Of a stretch of 64,000 bases of DNA, positions 9,404-20,454 are shown piece by piece. Within the stretch, counting starts at the first letter, position 1, and each line of letters starts with the position of its first letter. The stretch is from Diplonema japonicum (lineage: Eukaryota; Protista; Euglenozoa: Diplonemea): contig OZ025734.1 of the NCBI GenBank assembly GCA_964019335.1, forward strand, positions 310,001 to 374,000, given 5' to 3'. The position numbers and the translations under genes are program-made. The notes beneath the pieces are model-generated. The model searched no databases and had not been told where the DNA came from. It worked only from the letters and a program-made list of their open reading frames with translations.

Positions 9404-9915
9404 TCAGCAGGCAATAAGAACATTCGCATTGCAGGCTTGCTGCTCAGAAGTCTAACACGTGATTGAGGTTGCCGTGTGGTCATCATGCAGAGGGGGTCAC
9501 AGAAGATGGTCAAAGCTGGGGGAGACACATGTCAGAAAGGACAAGTCACGGTGCACTCCGCAAAGTGTGCAAAAGTCCTACCCTTCGAAATGTCATATCT
9601 GACACAAGCGCGAAGACCTAACGCTGCACAGGTGTCTGTCGCAGCAACGAAAGGCGCTTAAGCTGTGTGGGCCGTCTCTTTTAGGATTCATCTCAGAGAG
9701 GACAAGTCACGGTGCACTCCGCAAAGGGGTCATCAGAGGCCGTGTGCAAAACTCTTATGGTTTTCAGATGCTGCGTATCAAGAAACATGCCCTTTCTCAT
9801 GGTTGCTCTTTTGTTCAGAAGGAATCCAACTCTTTCAAAAATATCGATCTCAGCTGGAAAAGGAGAACCCTTTCCATGAGTGGTTAATTAAACATGTATT
9901 TTGAACGATCATCAT
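9404..9915 (-). ncRNA. snoRNA array 2 (CD1, AGA1b, AGA2, AGA1, CD2)
   Basis: Same modules as array 1. Confidence 0.85.
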
Positions 9916-11113
9916 TCTTTGCAATACCAAAAAGAAAAAAAAAAAAAAAAAAAAAAGGAACCTAAAGATATAACCTTTTGTTTGTGCACAGTCGGGCTTA
10001 ACCTGTAGAAGGATAAGCCCAATGCTACCACTACTCTTTTTGTTTTTCTTGTTCATGCAAAAAGAAAAAAAAAAAAAGTTAGAGTGGTACATGAGGTGAG
10101 AAATGTTCCAGTGTACACCATAGACAACGCATCTCGGAGAGGACAAGGCAGTTGCTATAATAATAAATAATAATAATATAAAAAAAAAAAAGAATTGAAG
10201 TGGGATTGAAAATTGAGTAAGCCAGTCAAGAGATCCTTTCACGGGCCCATTTGTCCAAAGAACAAAAGACACGTTAAGAAACAAAGCAAGAGCCTCCACC
10301 GCTTCTTCTGAGGTCTGAGCAGGGGGAGAGAAAACCCCACTTAATTCCCGAAGCTGGAGAACTGAAATTTGAACTTGGGGTGGGGTGGGGTGGGGTGGGG
10401 GGGGGGGGGGAAGACGCCTGACATCTGATAAACTAGAATTCACAATATAAAAGAAAGAAAGGAGACAACCCGGCCTTGTTGTGTATGTTTGGTTTGCCCC
10501 CCCCCCCCCCCCCCTCCACCCCACCCCTTTTTTTTCTTCTTTCTGTTTTCTTTCTGTTGTAAAAAAAGAAAGTCGATAAGGTTTCAGTGTGCATAGAAAT
10601 TCAAGAATTAAAGAAAAAGAAAAAAAAAAAGAAAAATGGGGCCTTGATTGCAGCACTAAGTGGCGTTAAGTGTGCAACGAAGGATGAAGCTATCTACTTG
10701 ATTACAGGGGGCGCTCCTCGGCTGAGTTGTAGCTTCTTCTGCGTTCCGCGTCGTGTCCTTAATGCGTGCGGTGTGCAGCTCAACCCTAGCCGGGGCGTCA
10801 CGGGTAACCAAGATTCTGCGCTCGTGCGAAAAAAGAAGAGAAAACCAAAACTTGGAGGGGGTAGTGAAATAGCATTTTTTTTTGTTTAAAAGTTATTGAT
10901 CCCCTCCCTATCCCCTCCCCTCCCCCCCCCCCCGCCCTTTTCTTTTTGATCCCATACTGCTGGGCAACATACAGACTCAAGCGCTTTACTATCCGGGTCC
11001 ATCTTCCTCGGACTTCTGAGTCTTTTAAAAAAATAATAGTCTGTAATGAGGGGGGGGTTCTGAGCCCCCCCCCCCCCCCCCCCCCCCCTCGCTGAAGAAA
11101 AACACGGTTTTTT

Positions 11114-11313
11114 NNNNNNNNNNNNNNNNNNNNNNNNNNNNNNNNNNNNNNNNNNNNNNNNNNNNNNNNNNNNNNNNNNNNNNNNNNNNNNNNNNNNNNN
11201 NNNNNNNNNNNNNNNNNNNNNNNNNNNNNNNNNNNNNNNNNNNNNNNNNNNNNNNNNNNNNNNNNNNNNNNNNNNNNNNNNNNNNNNNNNNNNNNNNNNN
11301 NNNNNNNNNNNNN
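11114..11313. other. Assembly gap (200 N)
   Basis: Run of n. Confidence 1.
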
Positions 11314-11675
11314 ACTACTCCCCAAAAAAAAAGAAAAACGGATTAATTTACAATTTTTTTTTATTATGTTCCTTTTTTTTTTCTTTTTTGTCTTGACTAA
11401 TTCTCATGGGGAGGGGAGAGAGAGAGAGAGAGAATAACGAAAACGAAACAAAAAAAAAAAGACACCCCCTCAAAAAGGGAAAAAAAAAAAAAAAAAAAAA
11501 AAAAAACAGAGGCGAGGCAGGACCTGACCTCAGGGAGTGTGATGGGGTGGGGGGAGGGGAGACAATCTGCCACACGTGAAGGTGAGCAGACAAAAAAACT
11601 TTTTTCCCCCGGACTGTCGAGCCTCCGGTAGGACACCATGGAATAACTTGTTTCTGTAACAAGAGTTTAAAGGGG

Positions 11676-11752
11676 TCAGAGAGGGAGCATCATCAACCCA
11701 AGAAAAAGAAACGAAATACGAACTTTAGTCAGATATTACGACTAACCATCAT
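11676..11752 (-). ncRNA. CD4: candidate solitary box C/D snoRNA, D guide to SSU AGAGGGAGC
   Basis: ATGATGG (C), 13 nt, CTGA (D'), spacer, TGATGA (C'), TGCTCCCTCT, CTGA (D). The guide is complementary to conserved SSU CCGGAGAGGGAGC. Confidence 0.7.
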
Positions 11753-11758
11753 GCCAGG

Positions 11759-11789
<31 letters not shown>

Positions 11790-11989
11790 CTGCTGTTTCA
11801 TTTGAAAGCAAGCTGCTCCCAAGTCGATTCTATTCGACTTTAAATTTGTGATTCGTATACACCCGCTCTAAATCAGCAGGCACAAAGTAGCGAAAGAACA
11901 AAAGAAAACTCGATGATTTAAAGGAAGCCGGTGGGGGCACCCTGCACAAGCACCATTTACTTGATTACAGGGGGCGCACCTCGGCCTAG

Positions 11990-12024
<35 letters not shown>

Positions 12025-12272
12025 AATTCGATCCCTCAACACCAAGGTGACACACGCCAAGTCGGGTCCAAGTATACCACATAAAGTACGTGGATGGGGA
12101 CACATTGGAGAGAGCTTCTAGCCTGTTCGGTCCCCGTTTCCGGTGACACTTGTTCCGCTGCTTAGTTGTGCAATAGCTGATGACAGCACTGCATAGAGAC
12201 CCCTGGAATGACCAGCTTAAGGGGAGGTGTTACGCACTTCCGGTCAAAGGCTTTGCCGCCCTTTTTTTTTAA

Positions 12273-13011
12273 CCCATAAAGGACCGGAGCTGAATATTCA
12301 GCTAAAAAAAAAAAAATTAAAATTCTGCTAAGGCATTTTTAGTGCTCTGCATGCCCACTCTTTAAAGAGGGGCCTTATTGCACGACTTTTTTTATGCTGA
12401 ACGCTATAGCGCCCGTAAATTTTTGCATCCAAACTGCAAGGGGGGAAAAAAAAATAGTGGCACAGACATTGTTTTTTTTACACCCCATAAGGAGTAGTGC
12501 CGAAAGTACTTCTGAAGAAGGGGGCCAGTGTCACCGGATGATGGGGATATCCCGGATATGGAATGGGATGACAAAATCGAGAAGGTGGGGAGGAAAATAT
12601 TTCGCAAGGTACCAGGTCCAAGTGTTGAAACTTGAAAATAAAAATACGTTTAAATTGGACAAGTCGCATATCTGCGGCACCTCGGACCTTGTGTTCAAAG
12701 AACGGCCATAAGTGGTGGAAAAAAAATAACCAGCCCACCCTGCATGCTGAATAAGCGCTGCTTGCCGAAACCATGGAACCTCCGGATAGCATGTGCCCTT
12801 TGCAAAGAGTTGTTTCTCTCAAATGCTGCTCTACCACCAAAGTTTGGGCGCGTCTGGGGCTGAAATGCAGGCCGCTTCGCGCTCCAGAAATGGGGTAGTG
12901 AAAATAATATAGGTACACACCCTCTAACTCCACCCTCGCCATTTTATTTTGGTATTTGAACGAAAAGTTCAAAATCAACTTTTTAGACGAAAAATAGCGG
13001 TCCTTTATGGG
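12273..13011. mobile_element. Non-autonomous piggyBac-type element (MITE-like), 739 bp
   Basis: 14-bp perfect TIRs CCCATAAAGGACCG / CGGTCCTTTATGGG with TTAA on both sides. Subterminal palindrome GCTGAATATTCAGC. No recognisable transposase ORF. Confidence 0.88.
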
Positions 13012-13225
13012 TTAAAAAAAAAAAGGAAAAAAAAAACCCCTCCTCAGTGTGGACCAAATGTGACAAAGGGGCCAGTAGTCCTTTTCTCTCATTTTTTTTT
13101 TCACTCATCTTTTGTTGAACTTGAGGGGGGGTCAAAAAAAAAGGGGTTAAACAAAACAATTTTTTTTCCCCCGGTTTTTGCAAAAAAAAAAAAAAAAAAA
13201 AAAAAGGAAAATGTTACATGTATTC

Positions 13226-13258
13226 ACCGGATTTGTGCTTATTATGTACCAGGTATTT

Positions 13259-13297
<39 letters not shown>

Positions 13298-13544
13298 ATG
13301 AACAAGAAAAACAATATATTGATAATGAATTGTTATTGCTAAAAAAGAGTAGTGGTAGCATTGTTGGGCTTATCCTTCTACAGGTCCCGGCTGTGCACAA
13401 ACAAAACTCTTTTTTGGGCCCTTTTGGATTTTAGACCCAACTTGGGAATTTTTACAAAAAAGAAAAAAAAAAAAAAAAAAAAACCGCAACCTTTGTTTGG
13501 GGGCTTTTTTTTTTTTTACGGTACATAATAAGTACGAATCCGGT
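13226..13544. mobile_element. Foldback/MITE-like element
   Basis: 25-bp inverted repeats at 13226-13250 and 13520-13544 (2 mismatches). Interior 13243-13408 is an inverted copy of about 9977-10092. Confidence 0.55.
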
Positions 13545-13889
13545 AAACCCTTAGAATCTGCCTAATCCATGATGGATCTGGTTTTCAGAAATCCGATAAT
13601 GCCAGACATTCGTATCAGATGCCCTGTAAGCCTAGAGGGGGAAGGGGGGGGGGGGGTGTTGGCTTTATTTTTCTTCTTTTCTATCCCCCCTTTTTTTTCG
13701 TTCTTCCGTTTTCGTTTTTAAAAATAAAGGGGGGGGGGGCATCGGGCTTTTGAAATCTATTCTTTTTTTGTTTTATATAACCCCCCCCCCCCCCACACAC
13801 ACACCCCAAACTCACTTTTTTTCCACTCATTAAAACACCGATTTTAGAGGATTGAGAACAACGTGGGGGGGGAGGGGGGGAGGGTTCAC

Positions 13890-13935
<46 letters not shown>

Positions 13936-13941
13936 ACACAA

Positions 13942-16374
13942 CTACACGCAGGAATTGCTCAGTTCCGTTTCAGGTAGCTCCAAGCCATCGTCACATGACT
14001 CATGATCGGCCGCTGAGATCACTTGAGAAGCAGGGGACCCGTCCTCCCGAACACGCTTACGATACACGTAAAGACAAGCAATAACGACTATCAAAGCACA
14101 CACAGCCCCGGGAACAACACCATAAAGCACCCTAAAATCCCTCGAATTGCCATGCCCCGTCCTGCACACTGTGCGCAGACCTTCCGCGCTGTACTCAAGC
14201 GTGTGGTCGTACCTGCACTCCATCGCGACACACTTGTCCCCCATCCATGTCGACGAGATAGGAACACCAGGAACCTCGCACTCCACAGTGCTCACCTGGT
14301 CTATCCATCCTCTGAACATTTCACCCAATGCTTCTAACAATTCTGGTTCTTGCTGAATCGCGTGTCGAATTGTGTCTGTTATGTTTTCCGGTGCTACCGG
14401 GTCTTTTCGGATAGGTGCGGTTAGGACAACCCTCGACCTGTAGCACCCGACAGACGGGATTATTACAGTGTCAACAACAGCTAAAAGGATAATATTGTTG
14501 AAGTGCCGCACCAAACCGCTGTTTGAAAGGAACGCATCACATGTCGATTCTGGGAAGACCCCTCGTATGAAGTAACTGTTCGGCCACATGTTGACGTCCC
14601 GGTCCATATGCGACATCCCTACCACCCATAAGCCCACATCGGCTACGAAGGCGGTGTTTCCTGAAATGTGTACACCGTTGGCACTGCCCGATGTGGAACT
14701 GCCAACAATCTCCTTCGGAGCGTGCCGATCTGTTAGGTTCAGTAGAATAAGGCTTTTGTTCCCTGCCGCCACGTACGCCGTCTCGCCCACCACACGCACG
14801 TCGTGCACGGGAACCGTCACGTTGTACACGGCAAGGATGTTTCCATCCTCGGGGACGTTGATGTTTATTATCACCACCGTTGTGGAGGCTGCGATGTAAA
14901 CGGCTCCCCTCGCGACGCGGACGGCAACAGGCCGGGCTACCATCACGGTTTGAACAAGTTGGATGGCGGACAGAATACTGATATCCAACACCATCAGCCC
15001 TTTGAAGTTATCGGTGGCGAACACCTTCATCGTGCTTGTGTCGTAAAACACGCTTGTCACGTACATAGTGAGCTCCGAGTACACCGCAGCCAATACGACG
15101 GCAGACCGCTTGCTCACATCGAAGATGTACACGCCTTCGTTGCCGCTTGCAACGTACATGCGATCCCCCACAACATGCAGGTCTTCAACCAAGATGTTGT
15201 GGGTGCTGATGAACCTTATCGACGACGGGCTGGATGCGTCTATGACGTAGAGCTGCTCACCGCCCACGTACACAGTCGTTCCCGATGCATGTACTGCTCT
15301 GCCGTTTCTGACAGAGGCCGTCCCAAGTAAGATAGGGTTTTCCGGGTCGTGTACATCAAAAACCTGAAGGCCCTTGTCGAAGTCTATCACAAATGCACGG
15401 CCGCCAGACACATGTACTTTGCGTGCGTCGTGTCCTTGTTGATAGCGGCCGATACGGGTGGGTGCCGTTGGGGTGCTGACGTCGAGGATGTCCAGACCCT
15501 CGCGGTGCGACAGGTATGCCTTGCGCGACACCGTCACATGCACGGCCACCGCGTTGTTCATCAAGTAGTGCCCGACATTTGAAACACCGACCTCGGTTCC
15601 AACCAATCCCAGCCTTCCCTTCGTCCTGCTGTTTCCTACCAGATACCCGACACCATGTTTGATCTCAATACACACCACGTTCCCCGTCTCCCAGTCGGTT
15701 CCCAATGTGGTGTGTGGTTTGTACAGCCTCTTGGCGTGCATGCCCGGGATGCCCGATGTCCCGATGTATATCACATTGTTGTGCACGAATACAGCAGAGG
15801 CACGGACAACGTCGGAAGGGATCCTTTCGACCAGCGTGGGCATCTTTGGGTTCATGAAATCTATGACGTGTACCTCTGAGGCGACAGTGGCGTACACTGT
15901 GTGGCCTGACACGAAGAAGCTCGTAGTGGCATCTGACCCAGTGTTGTATCTCCTGATGAGAAAGGGCAGAGTGGGGTCCGTTATGTTGAGGACATCGATG
16001 GAGGGACCGGAGACGAGGTATGCCATGTCGTCGTGCACACGAACACGGTCGTTGCCGCCCGGGAACGTGGCGAGCAGTTCTGGTGTTGCGGTCGCCACGT
16101 TAAAGACGAACATCCCATCCCTCGTGTCCGCCAGGTACGCGGTCGTTCCTTTCACATCGATTGATTTGGCATGGGGTGTTTGGTACCAACCTAGAATTTT
16201 CGGGCTTGCTGGTAGAGACACGTTTATAACAACCAGTCCCGTCCTACCTGTGGCGAGGTACGCGGTGTCCCCCACCACGCTCACATCCCACACGGTGTCG
16301 ATGTTCCCCGACCGCCCGAGAACATCAAGGTGCACCGCCCCCACAATTGCGGATACGACCAGAACGGCATTCAT
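13942..16374 (-). CDS. LVIVD-repeat beta-propeller type I membrane protein
   Basis: Repeated V-x-V-x-G-x-x-AY-A...GL-x-I-x-D-V-S-x-P motifs, hydrophobic N-terminus, one TM helix near the C-terminus. Confidence 0.85.
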   Translation of the reverse strand: MNAVLVVSAIVGAVHLDVLGRSGNIDTVWDVSVVGDTAYLATGRTGLVVINVSLPASPKILGWYQTPHAKSIDVKGTTAYLADTRDGMFVFNVATATPELLATFPGGNDRVRVHDDMAYLVSGPSIDVLNITDPTLPFLIRRYNTGSDATTSFFVSGHTVYATVASEVHVIDFMNPKMPTLVERIPSDVVRASAVFVHNNVIYIGTSGIPGMHAKRLYKPHTTLGTDWETGNVVCIEIKHGVGYLVGNSRTKGRLGLVGTEVGVSNVGHYLMNNAVAVHVTVSRKAYLSHREGLDILDVSTPTAPTRIGRYQQGHDARKVHVSGGRAFVIDFDKGLQVFDVHDPENPILLGTASVRNGRAVHASGTTVYVGGEQLYVIDASSPSSIRFISTHNILVEDLHVVGDRMYVASGNEGVYIFDVSKRSAVVLAAVYSELTMYVTSVFYDTSTMKVFATDNFKGLMVLDISILSAIQLVQTVMVARPVAVRVARGAVYIAASTTVVIININVPEDGNILAVYNVTVPVHDVRVVGETAYVAAGNKSLILLNLTDRHAPKEIVGSSTSGSANGVHISGNTAFVADVGLWVVGMSHMDRDVNMWPNSYFIRGVFPESTCDAFLSNSGLVRHFNNIILLAVVDTVIIPSVGCYRSRVVLTAPIRKDPVAPENITDTIRHAIQQEPELLEALGEMFRGWIDQVSTVECEVPGVPISSTWMGDKCVAMECRYDHTLEYSAEGLRTVCRTGHGNSRDFRVLYGVVPGAVCALIVVIACLYVYRKRVREDGSPASQVISAADHESCDDGLELPETELSNSCV

Positions 16375-16470
16375 CTACAAAGGGTACCTGGGGGGGGAGG
16401 GGGAGGATATTTTTTTTTAAAAGATAAGAGAAGAAAAAAAGGGATTTGACAGGAATTTCTTTCTTCTTTT

Positions 16471-17181
16471 TCACAACCCTCGCCGCCGTGACTCGTCGTC
16501 AGGCATCTTCAAGCTAAGATCGTCTTGCTGTGTGTGTGTTTTTTTTTTTTTTTTCTGTCTAACACACACCATGTAGTTCCCAACCGTTGCCGTCCCCCAC
16601 TCCGACTTCCCTACAGGTCCGTGTGTGTAGATGTCCCGCAGCTCTGCGGTGGTCTCGCCGTCGATATTCGCATCTATGCTTTCCGAGGTAGAAACCTTCC
16701 CGCCATGCTTGGTCTGCTCATAGAAGGCAAAGTCTTCCCGTTTCATGCGTCGCTCCGCGGGGACTGTATTGTCTCCCCATTTGATGTATTTTGTAGGGGG
16801 CTGCGCTGCTTCACTAGCGGCCTCGTGAGGGGCGGGTGCAGTGGCTCTGTGTACTTCCTGGAGTTCCTCGCTGTGGAGAACTGCCCAGCGCTTCCCCGCG
16901 CGAGCTCCCTCACCAGAGTACACGCCGTATGCCTGCACCTTGAAGCCCCTCCGCGCACAGTAGTTGATCAGCTGGAAGAAAGACACTGAATACGTGCTCG
17001 CTTCTGGTATATACGTAAGGCCCTCCTCTCTTACGCAGTCGCCGTGGACCACATCGATGACCCACTCCGGGTCCGTTTTGTACCTGTAGTTGTTCCCCAC
17101 TTCCTTCAGCTCGAAGTAGGCCGGCAAATTCAGCGACGGCGCCCACTGCCCACACATCCTTCTTGTTGCCGTTCGTAACAT
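16471..17181 (-). CDS. Hypothetical protein, probably mitochondrial; intron 16528-16569
   Basis: Starts MLRTATRRM (euglenozoan-type presequence); 42-nt GTGTGT...CACAG intron. Confidence 0.7.
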   Translation of the reverse strand: MLRTATRRMCGQWAPSLNLPAYFELKEVGNNYRYKTDPEWVIDVVHGDCVREEGLTYIPEASTYSVSFFQLINYCARRGFKVQAYGVYSGEGARAGKRWAVLHSEELQEVHRATAPAPHEAASEAAQPPTKYIKWGDNTVPAERRMKREDFAFYEQTKHGGKVSTSESIDANIDGETTAELRDIYTHGPVGKSEWGTATVGNYMVCVRQKKKKKTHTQQDDLSLKMPDDESRRRGL

Positions 17182-17312
17182 TTCCCCCCTCCCCTCTCCT
17201 TCTGTTTGCTTTGTACAAAAAAAGAAAAAAGAAATGATCCAGAAAGGTCCCACCCTTCCCTGAAATAGTTGGATGCCCAGGACTCCACGGACGGTGGTGT
17301 GGGAGGTGGGTG

Positions 17313-18140
17313 TCAGCAGGCAATAAGAACATTCGCATTGCAGGCTTGCTGCTCAGAAGTCTAACACGTGATTGAGGTTGCCGTGTGGTCATCATGCAGA
17401 GGGGGTCACGTCCGGTGGGAAACACATCTCAGAGAGGACAAGTCACGGTGCACTCCGCAAAGGGGTCATCAGAGGCCGTGTGCAAAACTCTTTTAATACA
17501 AGATTTTCCTTTTTTCAAAAAAATGTAGAAGTCATTACAATCTGACACAAGCGCGAAGACCTAACGCTGCACAGGTGTCTGTCGCAGCAACGAAAGGCGC
17601 TTAAGCTGTGTGGGCCGTCTCTTTTAGGATTCATCTCAGAGAGGACAAGTCACGGTGCACTCCGCAAAGGGGGTCATCAGAGGCCGTGTGCAAAACTCTT
17701 TTATAATACATAACATATCGGTGAGAGGTGCTGCTCGGGACGCTCTGCACGGTACTTCACCGTCTCTCCCCGTCAGCGGTAAGTTCACTCTGCCGCATGG
17801 GGAGGCAGCCAGAATCCAGAATGAGGGTGTGGCCATCGGAGGCCGTGTCCACAAAGTTCTTGCCTTCCACAGGGGAGGGGTCAGCAGGCAATAAGAACAT
17901 TCGCATTGCAGGCTTGCTGCTCAGAAGTCTAACACGTGATTGAGGTTGCCGTGTGGTCATCATGCAGAGGGGGTCACAGAAGATGGTCAAAGCTGGGGGA
18001 GACACATGTCAGAAAGGACAAGTCACGGTGCACTCCGCAAAGTGTGCAAAAGTCCTACCCTTCGAAATGTCATATCTGACACAAGCGCGAAGACCTAACG
18101 CTGCACAGGCTTAAGCTGTGTGGGCCGTCTCTTTTAGGAT
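17313..18140 (-). ncRNA. snoRNA array 3 (CD1, AGA1, AGA2, AGA1, CD1, AGA1b, deleted AGA2)
   Basis: Same modules in a different combination and with different spacers. Confidence 0.85.
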
Positions 18141-18230
18141 TGGTGGGGTACACAATATTTTTTGCAGTGGTACGCAAGTTGGTGCCCAGTGAAAAGAAAA
18201 GCTTTGAGGATGCGTTATTTAAACATGGAA

Positions 18231-18271
<41 letters not shown>

Positions 18272-19084
18272 ATTCGAGAAATAAGTAAACCTTTTCGGAA
18301 GGAACAATATCACTGCCAGCCGTATCTAAGCCCGCGAGCTGGACTTGAATGGACAGAATGGGTTTCGCTTTTTGATTTTTTTTTTTTTTTTTTTTTTTTG
18401 TTGCTTTATAATGGGTAGTAAACGGTTAGAGCCCATCACTTTATTTCACGACACTTTGAAACCACTTCATCAAGAGACTAACCTTGTCGACCAATTTCTC
18501 TGCACTGTGGAAAGCGAGGCAATGAACCCGAGTGCGTGAAATGAGACCCATTAAAAACGTGGCATTGAAGGGAACCTACAAAGTATGTGTCGCCTGACGA
18601 CAATCCCGACGGCCACCAAGAAAGAATTACTCAAAAAAAAAAAGGAAAGCGGATATGATCGCGGTTTTTCCCATAAAAGCCTTAAAGAGAGGTTATGTTT
18701 GACGAAATGCAAAAAAGAAGAAAAAAAAAGGATTTTTTCTACCTCGCCAAAAAAAAAAAAACGGTTTAAGATTTTCTGGGGGGGGGAAGGCGATGTTTAA
18801 GGGCAAATCCCACTTGAGGACCACCTTTCAAAAGCACAAAAAAGAAAAGCGACCATATCTCTTTCTCCCCCCCCCCCCCCGTTTTTACTTACCGAAAATT
18901 TTACTTGCTGTTTTTTTCTTTTTTTTTTCTAAGTTAGGTATTGAGAAGAAGAAGAAGAAGGAGAGAGAGAAAAAAAAAAAAGTAAAATCAAAACTTTTTT
19001 TTTTGCGATAAACGTTAAAAGGCATGCGAATTGGTGGTAGGGGGGGGGGGGGGGGGGGGGGAACCAAGATTTTTTTTCCCCTTT

Positions 19085-20368
19085 TCAAAACGGCTTCGTG
19101 CAAGGCTCAAGAATCGCACCATCCAAAATGTCAATAAAATCCGAGAAAGGGCAGGATCCCTCCTCCCCGTGCGAACAGGCAGGGATCGAGACATACGAGC
19201 TGTCGGCAGGGTTGGAGGGGGAGAGCCTCTGCAGCTCCCGCATCTGGTCAGGACGCTGCGTCTCAAAAGCCGCCTTCACGAAATAACCACCCGTAGAAGG
19301 CGCCTTGTGGACAGTGAAGATAAGCATCGCCATAGGTGGGATCATAGTGGACCCCCAGCCAAGAGGTACCCACTCCAACCCAAGCAACTTATGGAGGAAG
19401 GCAATATTGGAATCATGTCCAAAGTACAACACAATCGAGTCCGATGGGCTCGACAGGAGCCCAGGGGTCTCCACTCCAAGCACTATCTGCTGAAGGGTCG
19501 CCTTCATGTGTGCCAGCATCTGGCTCCCCATCGACTTTGCCATGTACTGTGTGATCCATGTCTCGAACCAGAATGTGTGCAGCTCGCGGGTCTGCTCTAT
19601 CAAGTCGTATAGGGTGACCCCCTGTGCCACCGCGTTCCACGTCATGTTGTTAAGGTACATCAGCTCCACCCACTCCGTGAGGAAGCCACCCATCGTGATG
19701 CCGTTCATGTACATTTTTGACTGTGCGACGTACGCTTCTGGTATGTCCTGCAGCTGGCAAGGTGCGTCCGTCAGGTTGCACATCACGGGCTGGCAGCAGT
19801 CGATGGCGACGGAGAAATCAGTGAGGGGGTGTACCTTCTCCGATAGTTGCCTCCCTGAACCGCCTCTTGTCCCGTCCACCGACACCTTGTTCCCCCCCGA
19901 GCACTTTACGTCTGGTGAGATTGGTACCAGAGTGTTGAAGATCCACTGTGTTGCGTTGAGGCCGTCGTGTACTGTCTGGTTGCACTCGTTTTGTGGGAAG
20001 AAGCCGTCAATGAAGCCCTGTGCTGTGGCGAGGTCCCTTTGTGTGCTGTCTGCGCCGTCTGCGTACATTGTGACTCCGCCGCAGCCTCCTTTTGTGGTGA
20101 GGTTCCCGTACTGTTGCCTCCACCACTCCCCCCGCCTCTCTGCGATCTGCGATCCGTGTTCTGTGAGGTACAACGGGCCTTGCGCGCCCCAGTCCTTCAC
20201 CCAGTCTGTGTACCAGTACCTCCCGTCCTTGGAAAACATCGACATGTTCGTCCCTGGCACCGACGGCGCCCGTACAGAGTGCCGCGACATTGCGATCACC
20301 TTCACAAGCTCCAGACCCTGCCCACTGCAGCAGGCGAGCAGCGGGAGGACGGCGAGAAGCGTCTTCAT
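19085..20368 (-). CDS. Secreted histidine acid phosphatase / phytase (AppA/Agp-like)
   Basis: Signal peptide, SRHSVRAP (RHGxRxP-like) and GHDSNI catalytic motifs, C-terminal C...CP motif. Confidence 0.9.
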   Translation of the reverse strand: MKTLLAVLPLLACCSGQGLELVKVIAMSRHSVRAPSVPGTNMSMFSKDGRYWYTDWVKDWGAQGPLYLTEHGSQIAERRGEWWRQQYGNLTTKGGCGGVTMYADGADSTQRDLATAQGFIDGFFPQNECNQTVHDGLNATQWIFNTLVPISPDVKCSGGNKVSVDGTRGGSGRQLSEKVHPLTDFSVAIDCCQPVMCNLTDAPCQLQDIPEAYVAQSKMYMNGITMGGFLTEWVELMYLNNMTWNAVAQGVTLYDLIEQTRELHTFWFETWITQYMAKSMGSQMLAHMKATLQQIVLGVETPGLLSSPSDSIVLYFGHDSNIAFLHKLLGLEWVPLGWGSTMIPPMAMLIFTVHKAPSTGGYFVKAAFETQRPDQMRELQRLSPSNPADSSYVSIPACSHGEEGSCPFSDFIDILDGAILEPCTKPF

Positions 20369-20454
20369 TTCTTTTTTTTTTTTTTTTTAAATCCCTCCTT
20401 CCCACTGATGATGTCACGCCGCTTGGGCAGGATCTTCATAAAGCAATACCAAGG

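Noticed and set aside
10778-10790. Telomerase RNA template (AACCCTA)
   Set aside because: Only 7 nt; too short for a template plus alignment region.
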